Shown here in pieces: positions 23,727 through 33,389 of a stretch of 64,000 bases of DNA; positions within the stretch are counted from its first letter, which is position 1, and every line of letters begins with the position of its first letter. Under the pieces are notes generated by a model. The model was not told the origin of the DNA. It searched no databases and saw only the letters and a program-made list of their open reading frames with translations. Origin of the DNA: Alphaproteobacteria bacterium (lineage in GTDB: Bacteria > Pseudomonadota > Alphaproteobacteria > GCA-2746255); the NCBI GenBank assembly GCA_965249135.1, contig OZ252220.1:1216001-1280000 (forward strand). The letters are read 5' to 3'. The position numbers were made by a program, and so were the translations under genes.

Positions 23727-25465
23727 GGCGCGGGCGTTTCCTTACGTTTTCCCCGCGCGCTAGCGAGCGGCTGGATCTTATCTGCGAAGGAGGCGTAGTT
23801 GTCGCGCCGCGCGTCTTCCATCAGCGTGTGAATATTCTCTTCCGAGGTGCCGACGGAGCGCAGCACGGTGCCGGCCAGCTGCAGGCTCGCCTCCAGCGTC
23901 TCCGACACGGCGGCCGTCGCGCCGGCCGCTTCGAGGGCGCGGCCATGGTTGTAGTCATGGGCCCGCACGATGATCCGAAGATCCGGGAAGTTTCGCCGAA
24001 GGAAGGCCAGCGTGCGTTCCGTCGCCTGCGTGCCGTTGATCGCAATCAGCGCCGCCAAGGCGCGCGACGCGCCGGCAGCTTGGAGGACGTCCAGACGGCT
24101 TGCATCCCCGAAATAGACCGGCAATTTCTGCGCCCGCCAGAGCGCCACGTTGTGCGCATCCATATCGACGGCGACGTAGGGGACACCCTGTTCCGTCAAG
24201 AGCCGGGCGACGGTCTGCCCCTGGCGGCCGAAACCGGCGATGATGACATGGCCACGCAGGCGTTCCGTCTCTTCCGCGATCTCCTCGATCTCGGGCTCCG
24301 GCGCCGCGACCATCGCCTTCGAAAGCCGGGCGCCGAGAAAGGCGAGCAGGGGCGTGAGCGCCATGGTCAGCGCGACGGCCGCCAGCAGGAGCTGGGCCGT
24401 CGCCTCCGGCAGCACGCCGAGCTGCATGCCGACACCGAACAGGATGAAGGAAAATTCCCCACCCTGGGCCAGCAACAGGCCGATGCGAAGGCTCCGGAAC
24501 CACGGATAGCCAAACCCACGGCAAAGCACGGTGATGAGGGACGCCTTGACCAACAGAATCACAGCCACCAGCATACCGACGATGGCGACGTTTTCGAGAA
24601 TGAACGGCAGGTCGATCAGCATGCCGACGGTCATGAAGAAGAGACCGAGGAAGATGGCGCGAAGGGGCTGGATATCGGCGGCGACGTGGTGGCGGTATTC
24701 CGTCTCGGCCAGCATCATGCCGGCAAGAAGGGCGCCGAGCGCCATGGAGATGCCGATCTGCTCCGTCGCCCAGCCGATGCCGAGCACGATCAGGAGCGTC
24801 ATGGCGGACAGGATCTCGGGGTTCGCCGTCGAGGCGATCGCCCGATAGACGGGGCGCAGCAGCAGGCGGCCGATGATAAAAATCGCAGCCAGCGCGAAGA
24901 CCGCCTTCGCCGCGGTGAGCCCCAAGATCATCGGGATGGACGCCGCCTCCTTCCCCAGCATGCCGACGAGGAGCAGGAGCGGCCCCACCGCCAGATCCTG
25001 GAACAGCAGAACGCCAAGGGAGGTGCGCCCGACCCGGTTCGCAAGCTCGCCCCGTTCGACCAGGATCTGCAGGACGAGCGCCGTCGACGAAAGTGCGAGC
25101 CCCGCCCCGATCAGGACCGCCACCGGCGTCGTTTCCCCCCACCAGACCGCGAGTGCGCCGAAGGCCACGGCGCAGACGACGACCTGGGTCGAGCCAAGCC
25201 CAAACACGAGGCGCGCCATGACGCGCAGCCGTTCGACGGAAAGCTCGAGCCCGATCATGAAGAGAAGGAAGACGACGCCGAACTTGGCCAGCGTCTCGAT
25301 TCCTTCGACATCGGCCAGCACGGCAAGGCCGTAGGGCCCGATCAGGGCGCCGGCGGCCAAATAGCCAAGGATGGGGGAGAGGCGCAGGCGTTGGGTGACA
25401 GGGACGATGAGGACGGCGGCAACGAGCAGGAAGAGAATGTCGAGAAGAAAATTCGATTCTGGCAT
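23723..25465 (-). CDS. Monovalent cation:proton antiporter-2 (KefB/KefC-like) with TrkA-N domain
   Basis: [39 protein letters not shown]. Confidence 0.93.
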
Positions 25466-25585
25466 CCTCAGCAGCCCCCTGCCCTGCCCATGCAGGACCT
25501 TCGCTTTTAAATGTAGCGAGCGTGGCCGGGAAGTCCAAGGGACCCTTCGCACACGCCCCAACGCGTAAGCCAAAGGCCCTTTGCT

Positions 25586-25620
25586 TTTGCCCGCGCCTTT
25601 GCCCGCGCCTTTGCCCGCGC
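25586..25620. repeat. 12-nt tandem repeat x3 (TTTGCCCGCGCC) in divergent intergenic region
   Basis: Read directly from the sequence. Confidence 0.9.
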
Positions 25621-25674
25621 TTGGGCGCGTGCTAAAGAGGGGCGGTTCTGCCGCCACGAAAATGGCGAGAATTC

Positions 25675-26679
25675 ATGATCTGGCTTGAAACGGCGCTCGG
25701 TTTCGTCCTTCTTTTCGCAGGCGGCGAGTTCCTGGTGCGAAGCGCCGTCGCCTTTGCCCGCCATTTTCGGGTTACGCCTGCGCTGATCGGGCTTACCGTC
25801 GTGGCCTTCGGCACGTCGCTTCCGGAAGTCTTCGTGAGCCTGAAGGCGGCGCTGATCGGCGCGCCTGCCATTGCCATCGGCAACGTGGTGGGAAGCAACG
25901 TTGCGAATGTGCTGCTGGTGGCCGGGTTGGGCGGTGTGCTGGCCACGATCACCTTCCAGCGCGGGTTGCTAAAACGGGACGGCATCGCCGTCATCGTCGC
26001 CACGCTGGTCTTCCTCGTCGTCGCCTCGACGGGGCGGATTGCGCCGCTGGTGGCGGGCGTGTTTTTGCTGAGCCTCGCGGCCTACGTCGTCTCCAACTAT
26101 CGCAGGGAACGAAGGGACAAGCGGATCGCCGATCTGCATGCGCGCGAGGCGGCCGGGTTTCCGGATAAGCGCCCGCTTTGGCAGAACCTCTTGATGCTTG
26201 CCTTCGGTTTCGGCGGCGTCCTTCTCGGCGCCGAACTCCTGATCGGGGGGGCCGTCGAGATCGCGCGGGTGGCCGGTATCTCGGAGGCGGTGATTGGCCT
26301 CACCCTGGTCGCGATCGGCACCTCGCTGCCGGAGGTGGCCACCTCCGTCGTCGCCGCCTGGCGCGGCCACGGGGACGTGGCGATGGCCAATATTTTAGGA
26401 AGCTGCCTGTTCAATCTGCTCGGCATTCTCGGCGTGGTGGGTCTCGTGGCACCGCTGCCGGTGCCGGACGAAATCGTCCATTTCGACAACTGGATCCTGC
26501 TTGGCGTCACCCTTTCCTTCGTCTGGCTGACGGCGCGCGGCACGCGCCTGCCCAGATCGCTGGGCGGGCTTTTCCTGCTTGCCTATGGCGTCTACCTCGC
26601 CTCGCAGTTCATCGGGTTTTCCGGCGGGTTTTCCGGCGGGCTTCCCGGCGGGCTTTCCGGCATGCAGGGCGCCGGCTAG
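25675..26679 (+). CDS. Calcium/sodium antiporter (YrbG/CaCA family)
   Basis: Two alpha repeats GTSLPE...GNVVGSN and GTSLPE...ANILGS. Confidence 0.94.
   Translation: MIWLETALGFVLLFAGGEFLVRSAVAFARHFRVTPALIGLTVVAFGTSLPEVFVSLKAALIGAPAIAIGNVVGSNVANVLLVAGLGGVLATITFQRGLLKRDGIAVIVATLVFLVVASTGRIAPLVAGVFLLSLAAYVVSNYRRERRDKRIADLHAREAAGFPDKRPLWQNLLMLAFGFGGVLLGAELLIGGAVEIARVAGISEAVIGLTLVAIGTSLPEVATSVVAAWRGHGDVAMANILGSCLFNLLGILGVVGLVAPLPVPDEIVHFDNWILLGVTLSFVWLTARGTRLPRSLGGLFLLAYGVYLASQFIGFSGGFSGGLPGGLSGMQGAG
26614..26661. repeat. 12-nt tandem repeat x4 in antiporter C-terminus (GFSG GFSG GLPG GLSG)
   Basis: GGGTTTTCCGGC x2, then GGGCTTCCCGGC and GGGCTTTCCGGC. Confidence 0.85.
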
Positions 26680-26722
26680 GGGCTGGCTTGCCTAACCGTC
26701 TTTGCTCGCGCATCCTCAAGCG

Positions 26723-27493
26723 ATGACGGATTCGACTCACAGGACCGCGCTGGTCACCGGGGCCGCCCAACGGATCGGCCGGGCGATCGCGCTGGATCTG
26801 GCCCGCCACGGCTGGCGGATCGGCGTCCACTACTACCAATCCCCCGACGCCGCGCACGACTTGGCCGAGGCGATTGCGCAAGCCGGCGGGGACGCCGTCC
26901 TTTTGGAGGCGGACCTCGCCAAGGAGTCGGAAACGGCCGGCCTCGTGGCGAAGGCGACCGAGACGCTGGGTCCGCTCGGCCTGCTCGTCAACAACGCCTC
27001 GCTCTTCGAGCTCGACACGATGGAGAGCGCGACGCGTCAATCCTGGGACGATCATCTGGAGGTCAATCTGCGCGCGCCCTTCGTCCTTTCCCAGGCCTTC
27101 GCGAAAAGCCTGCCAGCGGACGCGCGTGGCAACATCGTCAATCTGCTCGACCAGCGGGTATGGAACCTGACCCCGCACTTTATTTCCTACACGCTCAGCA
27201 AGGCCGGGCTTTGGACCTTGACGCAGACGATGGCGTTGGCCCTTGCCCCGCGCATCCGGGTGAATGCCATCGGCCCCGGACCGACGCTGCCCTCGCCACG
27301 GCAAAGCGAGGGGCAGTTCTCCAGGCAGGCCGCACGGATGCCGCTTGGCCGCGGCACGACGCCGGAAGAGATTTGTGACGCTCTTCGTTTTCTGCTTGCC
27401 GCACCGGCCGTGACCGGGCAAATGATTGCACTCGATGGCGGGCAACATCTCGGTTGGGCAGCGACGGCCACCGACGGCTCATCGCCGGAATAA
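26723..27493 (+). CDS. SDR oxidoreductase, pteridine reductase/FolM-like
   Basis: TGAAQRIG, VNNAS, YTLSK; adjacent to folB. Confidence 0.88.
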   Translation: MTDSTHRTALVTGAAQRIGRAIALDLARHGWRIGVHYYQSPDAAHDLAEAIAQAGGDAVLLEADLAKESETAGLVAKATETLGPLGLLVNNASLFELDTMESATRQSWDDHLEVNLRAPFVLSQAFAKSLPADARGNIVNLLDQRVWNLTPHFISYTLSKAGLWTLTQTMALALAPRIRVNAIGPGPTLPSPRQSEGQFSRQAARMPLGRGTTPEEICDALRFLLAAPAVTGQMIALDGGQHLGWAATATDGSSPE

Positions 27494-27508
27494 GGAACAG
27501 CGCGTAAG

Positions 27509-27943
27509 ATGGCACAACTCACCCTCGTCCACCCAAAGCTTAAGGCCGAACCGGCAAAGCCGCTTCGCCATGTGTTTGTTCGCGACTTCGTGCTTGCTTG
27601 CCGGATCGGCGTCCATCGTCACGAGCACGGGCGTGAGCAGCGCGTCCGCATCAACGTCGACCTTGCCGTCCAGGAGAACGGCGCAGGCCTCGAGGACCGG
27701 CTCGAGCACGCCGTCTGCTACGAGAAGATCGTCGCAGGAATCCGGACGATTGCGGCGGCCGGCCACCTCAACCTGGTGGAGACCTTCGCCGAGCGGATCG
27801 CCGGCCTTAGCCTCGAGGACCCACGGGTCGAGGAGGCCCGCGTCCGGGTCGAGAAGCTGGACGCCTTCCCGGACGTGGCCGGCGTCGGCGTCGAAATCCT
27901 GCGCGCTCGGGCGACCTCAAGGGTTCGTCAATCCAACAATTAA
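27509..27943 (+). CDS. folB: Dihydroneopterin aldolase
   Basis: IGVHRHE, QRVRINVDL, VCYE, HLNLVETFAE, VRVEK. Confidence 0.93.
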   Translation: MAQLTLVHPKLKAEPAKPLRHVFVRDFVLACRIGVHRHEHGREQRVRINVDLAVQENGAGLEDRLEHAVCYEKIVAGIRTIAAAGHLNLVETFAERIAGLSLEDPRVEEARVRVEKLDAFPDVAGVGVEILRARATSRVRQSNN

Positions 27944-28037
27944 ACCAACGCGTTACTGTGGCAAGCTGAGGCCGGAGTTGTACACAGGGGCGCGGCAGAC
28001 GGGCGATCGGGCGCAAATGTGCAGCCGTCACAGACGC

Positions 28038-28056
28038 TTAATGGAATGTTAACCAT
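28038..28056. promoter_or_regulatory. CtrA-binding consensus
   Basis: TTAA-TGGAATG-TTAACCAT matches TTAA-N7-TTAAC exactly. Confidence 0.65.
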
Positions 28057-28166
28057 TTTTCTATTTAAAATAAGTTAGTTAACGTGACGTCCCCGCGGCA
28101 GGATCGGTGGCTGCCCGCGACCGCGACGGCGGAGCGGCCAGGTTTTCGGGCGTGTCATCCTCAAGC

Positions 28167-28189
28167 TTATCCACAGCTTTGGTGGATAA
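28167..28189. promoter_or_regulatory. Inverted pair of DnaA boxes upstream of uvrC
   Basis: TTATCCACA (perfect) and GGTGGATAA (1 mismatch, opposite strand) 5 nt apart. Confidence 0.7.
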
Positions 28190-28241
28190 TTCCCCATTCC
28201 CATATCTTATACTTCTTCTAAGAAAACCCGGATCACTTCGT

Positions 28242-30158
28242 ATGGAAAAGAAACCACCCCTAGAGAAGGACGGCGAGGCCGCCTACGAGGAAGGCGCGCA
28301 GGCCGTGGCGGCGGGGCCTCAAGTGATCGCGGGCGCCCTTGCCAGCCTGCCCGAGACGCCCGGCGTTTATCGGATGGTCGGGCGGAGCGGCAACGTCCTT
28401 TATGTCGGCAAGGCGAAGAGCCTGCAGAAGCGCGTCGCCAGCTACCGGAATCTCGCGCGGCTTAGCACGCGGGTCGCCCGGATGGTGGCGGAAACGGCTT
28501 CGATGGAATTCATCACGACCCATACGGAGGCCGAGGCGCTGCTGCTCGAGGCGAATCTGATCAAGAAGTTGAAGCCCCACTACAACATCTTGCTTCGGGA
28601 CGACAAATCCTTTCCCTACATTCTTATTACCGGCGATCACGCCTGGCCGCAGATCATGAAGTACCGGGGCACCCGCAACCGGGAAGGCGAATATTTCGGC
28701 CCCTTCGCCTCGGCCGGCGCGGTGAACAAGACGCTGGCTGCGCTCGAGCGTGCCTTCCCGCTTCGCTCGTGCTCGGACAACATCTTCTCGAGCCGCACGC
28801 GCCCCTGCCTGCAGTATCAAATCAAGCGGTGTTCGGGCCCTTGCGTCGGGCGCATCAACCGCGAGGATTACGAGGCGATCGTCCAGGAAACCCGCGACTT
28901 TCTCGCAGGCCGCTCGCGCAAGGTCCAGGAAAGCCTGGACGAAAAGATGCGCAATGCCAGCGAGGGCCTCAAATATGAGAAGGCTGCCGTCTACCGCGAT
29001 CGCATCCAGGCCATGACCCAGATCCAGGCCCGTCAGGACATCGCCGTCGCGGGCCTGGACGAGGCCGACGTCATCGCCATCCATCAGGCGGGCAATGCGA
29101 GCTCTATTCAGGTCTTCTTCTTTCGTGCCGGGCAGAATTTGGGCAACCGTTCCTATTTTCCGTCCCAGGCGAAGGACGCGGACGCGAGCCAAGTGCTGGC
29201 CGCCTTCCTCGGTCAGTTCTACGACAACAAACCGCCACCCAAGCGCCTTCTCCTGTCCCACCGGATCGCGAACATGCCGCTGATGGCCGAAGCACTTTCG
29301 CTGAAGGCGGGCCACAAGGTCACGCTCTCAAGGCCCGAGCGGGGCGCGAAGCGCAAGCTGCTGGACCAGGCGCTGGTCAACGCGCGGGAGGCGCTCGGCC
29401 GCCGGCTTTCGGAAAGTGCGAGCATGCGCAAGTTGCTGGAAGGGGTCGCCGGGATCTTCGGTCTCGAAGCGACGCCGGAACGGATCGAGGTTTACGACAA
29501 CAGCCACATCTCCGGCACGAACGCGGTCGGCGCCATGATCGTGGCCGGAGCGGGCGGGTTCGTGAAGAACGCCTACCGAAAATTCACCATCCGCACGACG
29601 GCCTCCGGCGAGATCGCGCCGGGCGACGATTACGGGATGATGCGGGAGGTCTTAAACCGGCGCTTCGCCCGGGCGCTTAAGGAAGACCCCGAACGGGCAA
29701 GCCCGAGCTGGCCGGACCTGTTGTTGATCGACGGCGGGGCCGGGCATCTGAACGCCGCGCTGGAGACGCTGGCGGATCTGGGCCTGAGCGACCTTCCCGT
29801 CGTCGCCATCGCCAAGGGGGCGAGGCGGAACGCCGGAGCTGAGCGTTTCTTCCAGGCAACCAAGGCCCCCCTTACCCTTGAGCCGCGCGATCCCGTTCTT
29901 TACTTCCTCGAACGCTTACGGGACGAGGCGCACCGCTTTGCGATCGGTGCGCACCGTTCGAAACGCGCAAAATCGATCGGTCAATCCACGCTGGATGCGG
30001 TTCCAGGCGTCGGCGGCAAGCGCAAGCGAGCGCTTTTGCATCACTTTGGATCCGCCCGCAGCGTCGCCGGCGCGGGTCTTGAGGATTTGGAGAAAGTCGA
30101 AGGGATCAGCCGAACGGTCGCGAAAAAAATCTATGATCATTTCCATGGTGGCGGCTAG
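28242..30158 (+). CDS. uvrC: Excinuclease ABC subunit C
   Basis: GIY-YIG (PGVYRM...LYVGKAK), YDNSH, IDGG, RDEAHRFA, HhH. Confidence 0.98.
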   Translation: MEKKPPLEKDGEAAYEEGAQAVAAGPQVIAGALASLPETPGVYRMVGRSGNVLYVGKAKSLQKRVASYRNLARLSTRVARMVAETASMEFITTHTEAEALLLEANLIKKLKPHYNILLRDDKSFPYILITGDHAWPQIMKYRGTRNREGEYFGPFASAGAVNKTLAALERAFPLRSCSDNIFSSRTRPCLQYQIKRCSGPCVGRINREDYEAIVQETRDFLAGRSRKVQESLDEKMRNASEGLKYEKAAVYRDRIQAMTQIQARQDIAVAGLDEADVIAIHQAGNASSIQVFFFRAGQNLGNRSYFPSQAKDADASQVLAAFLGQFYDNKPPPKRLLLSHRIANMPLMAEALSLKAGHKVTLSRPERGAKRKLLDQALVNAREALGRRLSESASMRKLLEGVAGIFGLEATPERIEVYDNSHISGTNAVGAMIVAGAGGFVKNAYRKFTIRTTASGEIAPGDDYGMMREVLNRRFARALKEDPERASPSWPDLLLIDGGAGHLNAALETLADLGLSDLPVVAIAKGARRNAGAERFFQATKAPLTLEPRDPVLYFLERLRDEAHRFAIGAHRSKRAKSIGQSTLDAVPGVGGKRKRALLHHFGSARSVAGAGLEDLEKVEGISRTVAKKIYDHFHGGG

Positions 30159-30216
30159 AATATCTTCGCAAACGAATCGAGCGGCTTAAGCCGCGCGATC
30201 GCCCGGACTTAAAACC

Positions 30217-30849
30217 ATGATCACGAACCTGCCGAATCTGCTGACGATTTCGCGAATCGTCTTTCTTCCCCTGTTCATCGGCGCCTTCTATCTGGAAGGG
30301 GCGATGGCCAACTGGATCACGTTCGCGATCTTCGTGCTTGCAGGGCTCACGGATTTCCTCGACGGCTATTTCGCCCGTGCCTGGAAGCAGCAATCGGACT
30401 TCGGCCGCTTCCTCGACCCGATCGCCGACAAGCTGCTGATCGCAGGCGCAATCGTCATGCTGGTGGCGTTCGACCGCATTCATGGTCTCACCGTGTTGGC
30501 GGCACTCGTCATCCTGTGCCGGGAGATCCTCGTCTCGGGCCTTCGGGAATTCCTGGCCCAAGTCCGGGTAAGCGTGCCCGTCAACCGTCTGGCGAAATGG
30601 AAGACGGCGATCCAGATCGTGGCCATCGGCTGTCTCTTGCTGGGCAATGCCGTGCCGGCGCTGCCGTTCGGCGAATTGGGCGTGGCGGGCATCTGGGCGG
30701 CGGCGGTGCTGACGCTGATCACCGGCTACGATTACTTTCGGTCCGGGCTTCGCCATCTTCTGGAAACGCCGGCGCAAACGGACGCTGGCCCGGAGCAAGC
30801 AAAGAAGGCCGATCCGGCGGCGTCACCGAAACCGACCCCAGAGGTTTGA
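30217..30849 (+). CDS. pgsA: CDP-diacylglycerol--glycerol-3-phosphate 3-phosphatidyltransferase
   Basis: NLPNLLT, TDFLDGYFAR, GRFLDPIADK, REILVSGLRE. Confidence 0.97.
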   Translation: MITNLPNLLTISRIVFLPLFIGAFYLEGAMANWITFAIFVLAGLTDFLDGYFARAWKQQSDFGRFLDPIADKLLIAGAIVMLVAFDRIHGLTVLAALVILCREILVSGLREFLAQVRVSVPVNRLAKWKTAIQIVAIGCLLLGNAVPALPFGELGVAGIWAAAVLTLITGYDYFRSGLRHLLETPAQTDAGPEQAKKADPAASPKPTPEV

Positions 30850-30895
30850 AGCCCCTTCAGAAATAGACGACTTTGCGGACGCGAGGGAGCAGCAG

Positions 30896-31411
30896 TTGGA
30901 ACGGCGCAGCGAGAACATTTTTGGCATCACCGGCTCAAGCGGCAGCGGCAAGACGACGCTCATCACGAAGCTTTTGCCGGAACTCAAGCGGCGCGGCATT
31001 TCCGTCTCGACGATGAAGCTTTCCCATCACGACATCGACGTGGATGAGCCCGGCAAGGACAGCCACGCCCATAGAATGGCCGGGGCGAAAGAGGTCATGC
31101 TTGCCGCGAAGAACCGCTGGGCGTTGTTTCATGAATATGCGGGCGACGAAGGGGTGGATATCCGAGCGCTGTCCGCACGGATGGCGTCGGTCGATCTCAT
31201 CCTCGTCGAGGGACGGCACAGTTGCCCCCTTGGCAAGCTGGAAGTCCACCGCCCGGAGATGAGCCGCGAACTCTTTTGCAAGAAGGACGCAGAGATCGTC
31301 GCCATCGCAAGCGATCGTTCGATTTCCGGACTCGACATCCCGGTTTTCGATCTCGACGACATCGCCGCCATCGTCGATTTCGTCCTTAAACGCGTGGAGC
31401 TTACCCAATGA
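30896..31411 (+). CDS. mobB: Molybdopterin-guanine dinucleotide biosynthesis protein B
   Basis: GSSGSGKTTL, PGKDSHAHR, DLILVEG, KLEVHR. Confidence 0.9.
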   Translation: MERRSENIFGITGSSGSGKTTLITKLLPELKRRGISVSTMKLSHHDIDVDEPGKDSHAHRMAGAKEVMLAAKNRWALFHEYAGDEGVDIRALSARMASVDLILVEGRHSCPLGKLEVHRPEMSRELFCKKDAEIVAIASDRSISGLDIPVFDLDDIAAIVDFVLKRVELTQ

Positions 31412-32664
31412 CCGAGCTTCGCAACGATTGCTTCGCGGCGGACGCACGCCGGATGCCGCTGGCGGAAGCGCTTGCACTACTGAAGGCGCGTCTTGCGGTC
31501 GTCGTGGCAAGGGAGGCGGTAGGTTTAAGCCAGGCCTCGGGGCGGATCCTGGCGGAAGCGATCGTCTCGCCGCGCGACGTGCCGCCCCACGACAACGCGG
31601 CCGTCGACGGCTATGCCGTCTTCTTCGACGACCTCTCAAGCGAAGGCGAAACGAAGCTTCCCGTCACGGGCCGGATCGCCGCCGGCCATCCGCTCGACCG
31701 CCCGGCCCGGCGCGGCGAGGCGATTCGCATCTTCACCGGCGCTGCCGTGCCGGAAGGCCCGGACACGATCTTCATGCAGGAGGACTGTGCGGCGATGAGC
31801 GACGCCGTCCGGCTTCCGGCGGGCATCGGCAAGGGCGCCAACCTTCGAAAGCGGGGCGAAGACGTCCGTAGGGGCGATCGCGTGCTCGACGAAGGACGCC
31901 GGCTCAAGGCGCAGGACATCGGGCTTGCCGCCTCGGTTGGCTGCGTCCGCCTCCCGGTTTTCAAGCCCCTTCGGGTGGCCGCCTTCTCGACCGGCGACGA
32001 GGTCATGGAGCCGGGGGAAGACCTGCCGAAGGGCGGAATTTACGACGCCAACCGCTACATGCTGATCGCGCTTCTTAGCGGCTTGGGTGCAAGCGTGACC
32101 GACCTTGGCATCCTGCCGGACGCGCAAGGCCGGATCGAACAGGCACTTAAAGACGCCGCCCTTGACCACGATCTGCTCGTCACCTCGGGCGGCGTTTCCG
32201 TCGGCGAGGAGGACCATGTGCGGGCAGCGGTGAGCGCGATGGGGAGCCTCCATCTCTGGCAGCTCGCCATCAAGCCGGGCCGTCCCGTCGCCCTTGGCCA
32301 GGTCGGCTCCACCCCCTTCATCGGCCTGCCCGGCAACCCGGTCGCCGTCGCCGTCACCTTCCTGCGTTTCGCCCGGCCGGCCGTGCTTCGCCTGTCCGGG
32401 GCGGCGGACACGGAGCCGGTGAGCTATCGGGTGAAGGCGGGCTTCGACATGAAGAAGAAGGCCGGGCGCCTGGAATGGGTGCGCTGCCGACTGCGCCGGG
32501 ACAACGCCGGCGAGTTGATCGCCGAGCGCTTTCCCCGCGAGGGTTCCGGGATCCTTGCCTCGATGGTCGCTACGGACGGCCTCGTCGAGCTGCCGGAGGA
32601 CGTGACGAAGGTCGCGAAAGGCATGGCGGTCGATTTCTTCCCCTATGGCGAGTTGATGCCATGA
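31408..32664 (+). CDS. moeA: Molybdopterin molybdotransferase
   Basis: DNAAVDGYA, RIFTGA, STGDE, SGGVSVGEED, GLPGNP. Confidence 0.96.
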   Translation: MTELRNDCFAADARRMPLAEALALLKARLAVVVAREAVGLSQASGRILAEAIVSPRDVPPHDNAAVDGYAVFFDDLSSEGETKLPVTGRIAAGHPLDRPARRGEAIRIFTGAAVPEGPDTIFMQEDCAAMSDAVRLPAGIGKGANLRKRGEDVRRGDRVLDEGRRLKAQDIGLAASVGCVRLPVFKPLRVAAFSTGDEVMEPGEDLPKGGIYDANRYMLIALLSGLGASVTDLGILPDAQGRIEQALKDAALDHDLLVTSGGVSVGEEDHVRAAVSAMGSLHLWQLAIKPGRPVALGQVGSTPFIGLPGNPVAVAVTFLRFARPAVLRLSGAADTEPVSYRVKAGFDMKKKAGRLEWVRCRLRRDNAGELIAERFPREGSGILASMVATDGLVELPEDVTKVAKGMAVDFFPYGELMP

Positions 32665-32918
32665 AGATTTGCTACTTCGCCTGGGTGCGTGAGAAGGTGG
32701 GCGTGAAGGAAGAGGAGCTTACCCCGCCACCGGAGGTGAAGGACGTGGACGGCCTCATCGAATGGCTGAAGGGACGAAGCCCGGGCCATCGGGAAGCGCT
32801 GGCCGATCCTCGAATGGTCCGCGTCGCCATCAACCAGGGCTACGTGGCCGGCAACCATCCAATTGGCCCTGAAGACGAGATCGCCTTCTTCCCGCCGGTC
32901 ACCGGAGGCACCCCATGA
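32661..32918 (+). CDS. moaD: Molybdopterin synthase sulfur carrier subunit
   Basis: MKICYFAWVRE...EIAFFPPVTGG followed by extra TP. Confidence 0.93.
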   Translation: MKICYFAWVREKVGVKEEELTPPPEVKDVDGLIEWLKGRSPGHREALADPRMVRVAINQGYVAGNHPIGPEDEIAFFPPVTGGTP

Positions 32919-33379
32919 TCCGCATCCAAAGGGAAGACTTCGACGTGGGCGCCGAGCTGGAAAAGCTGGCGGCGGGGAACCCGAAGGTCGGAGGTATTGC
33001 CTCGTTCGTCGGAATCGTCCGGAATCACGCGGAAAATGAGGCTATTCAGGCGATGACACTTGAGCATTATCCGGGCATGACCGAGAAGGCCCTCGCCGAA
33101 ATCGAGGCGGAGGCCCGCCGACGCTGGCTGCTGGAGGCTTGCCTCATCATCCACCGCCATGGCCGGCTGAAACCGGGGGACCGCATCGTGCTGGTGGCCA
33201 CCGCGTCCCAGCACCGCCAGGCCGCCTTCGAAAGCTGCCACTTCCTGATCGACTGGCTGAAGACGAAGGCGCCCTTCTGGAAGCAGGAGGAAACGCCGAA
33301 GGGCGCGCGCTGGGTCCGCGCGCGCGCGCAAGACGACACGGCGGCGGCGCGCTGGAGCAAGGAAGAGCCTTCTTCTTAA
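32915..33379 (+). CDS. moaE: Molybdopterin synthase catalytic subunit
   Basis: EHYPGM, HRHGRL, HRQAAF, LKTKAPFWKQE. Confidence 0.96.
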   Translation: MIRIQREDFDVGAELEKLAAGNPKVGGIASFVGIVRNHAENEAIQAMTLEHYPGMTEKALAEIEAEARRRWLLEACLIIHRHGRLKPGDRIVLVATASQHRQAAFESCHFLIDWLKTKAPFWKQEETPKGARWVRARAQDDTAAARWSKEEPSS

Positions 33380-33389
33380 AAGAGGCCGT

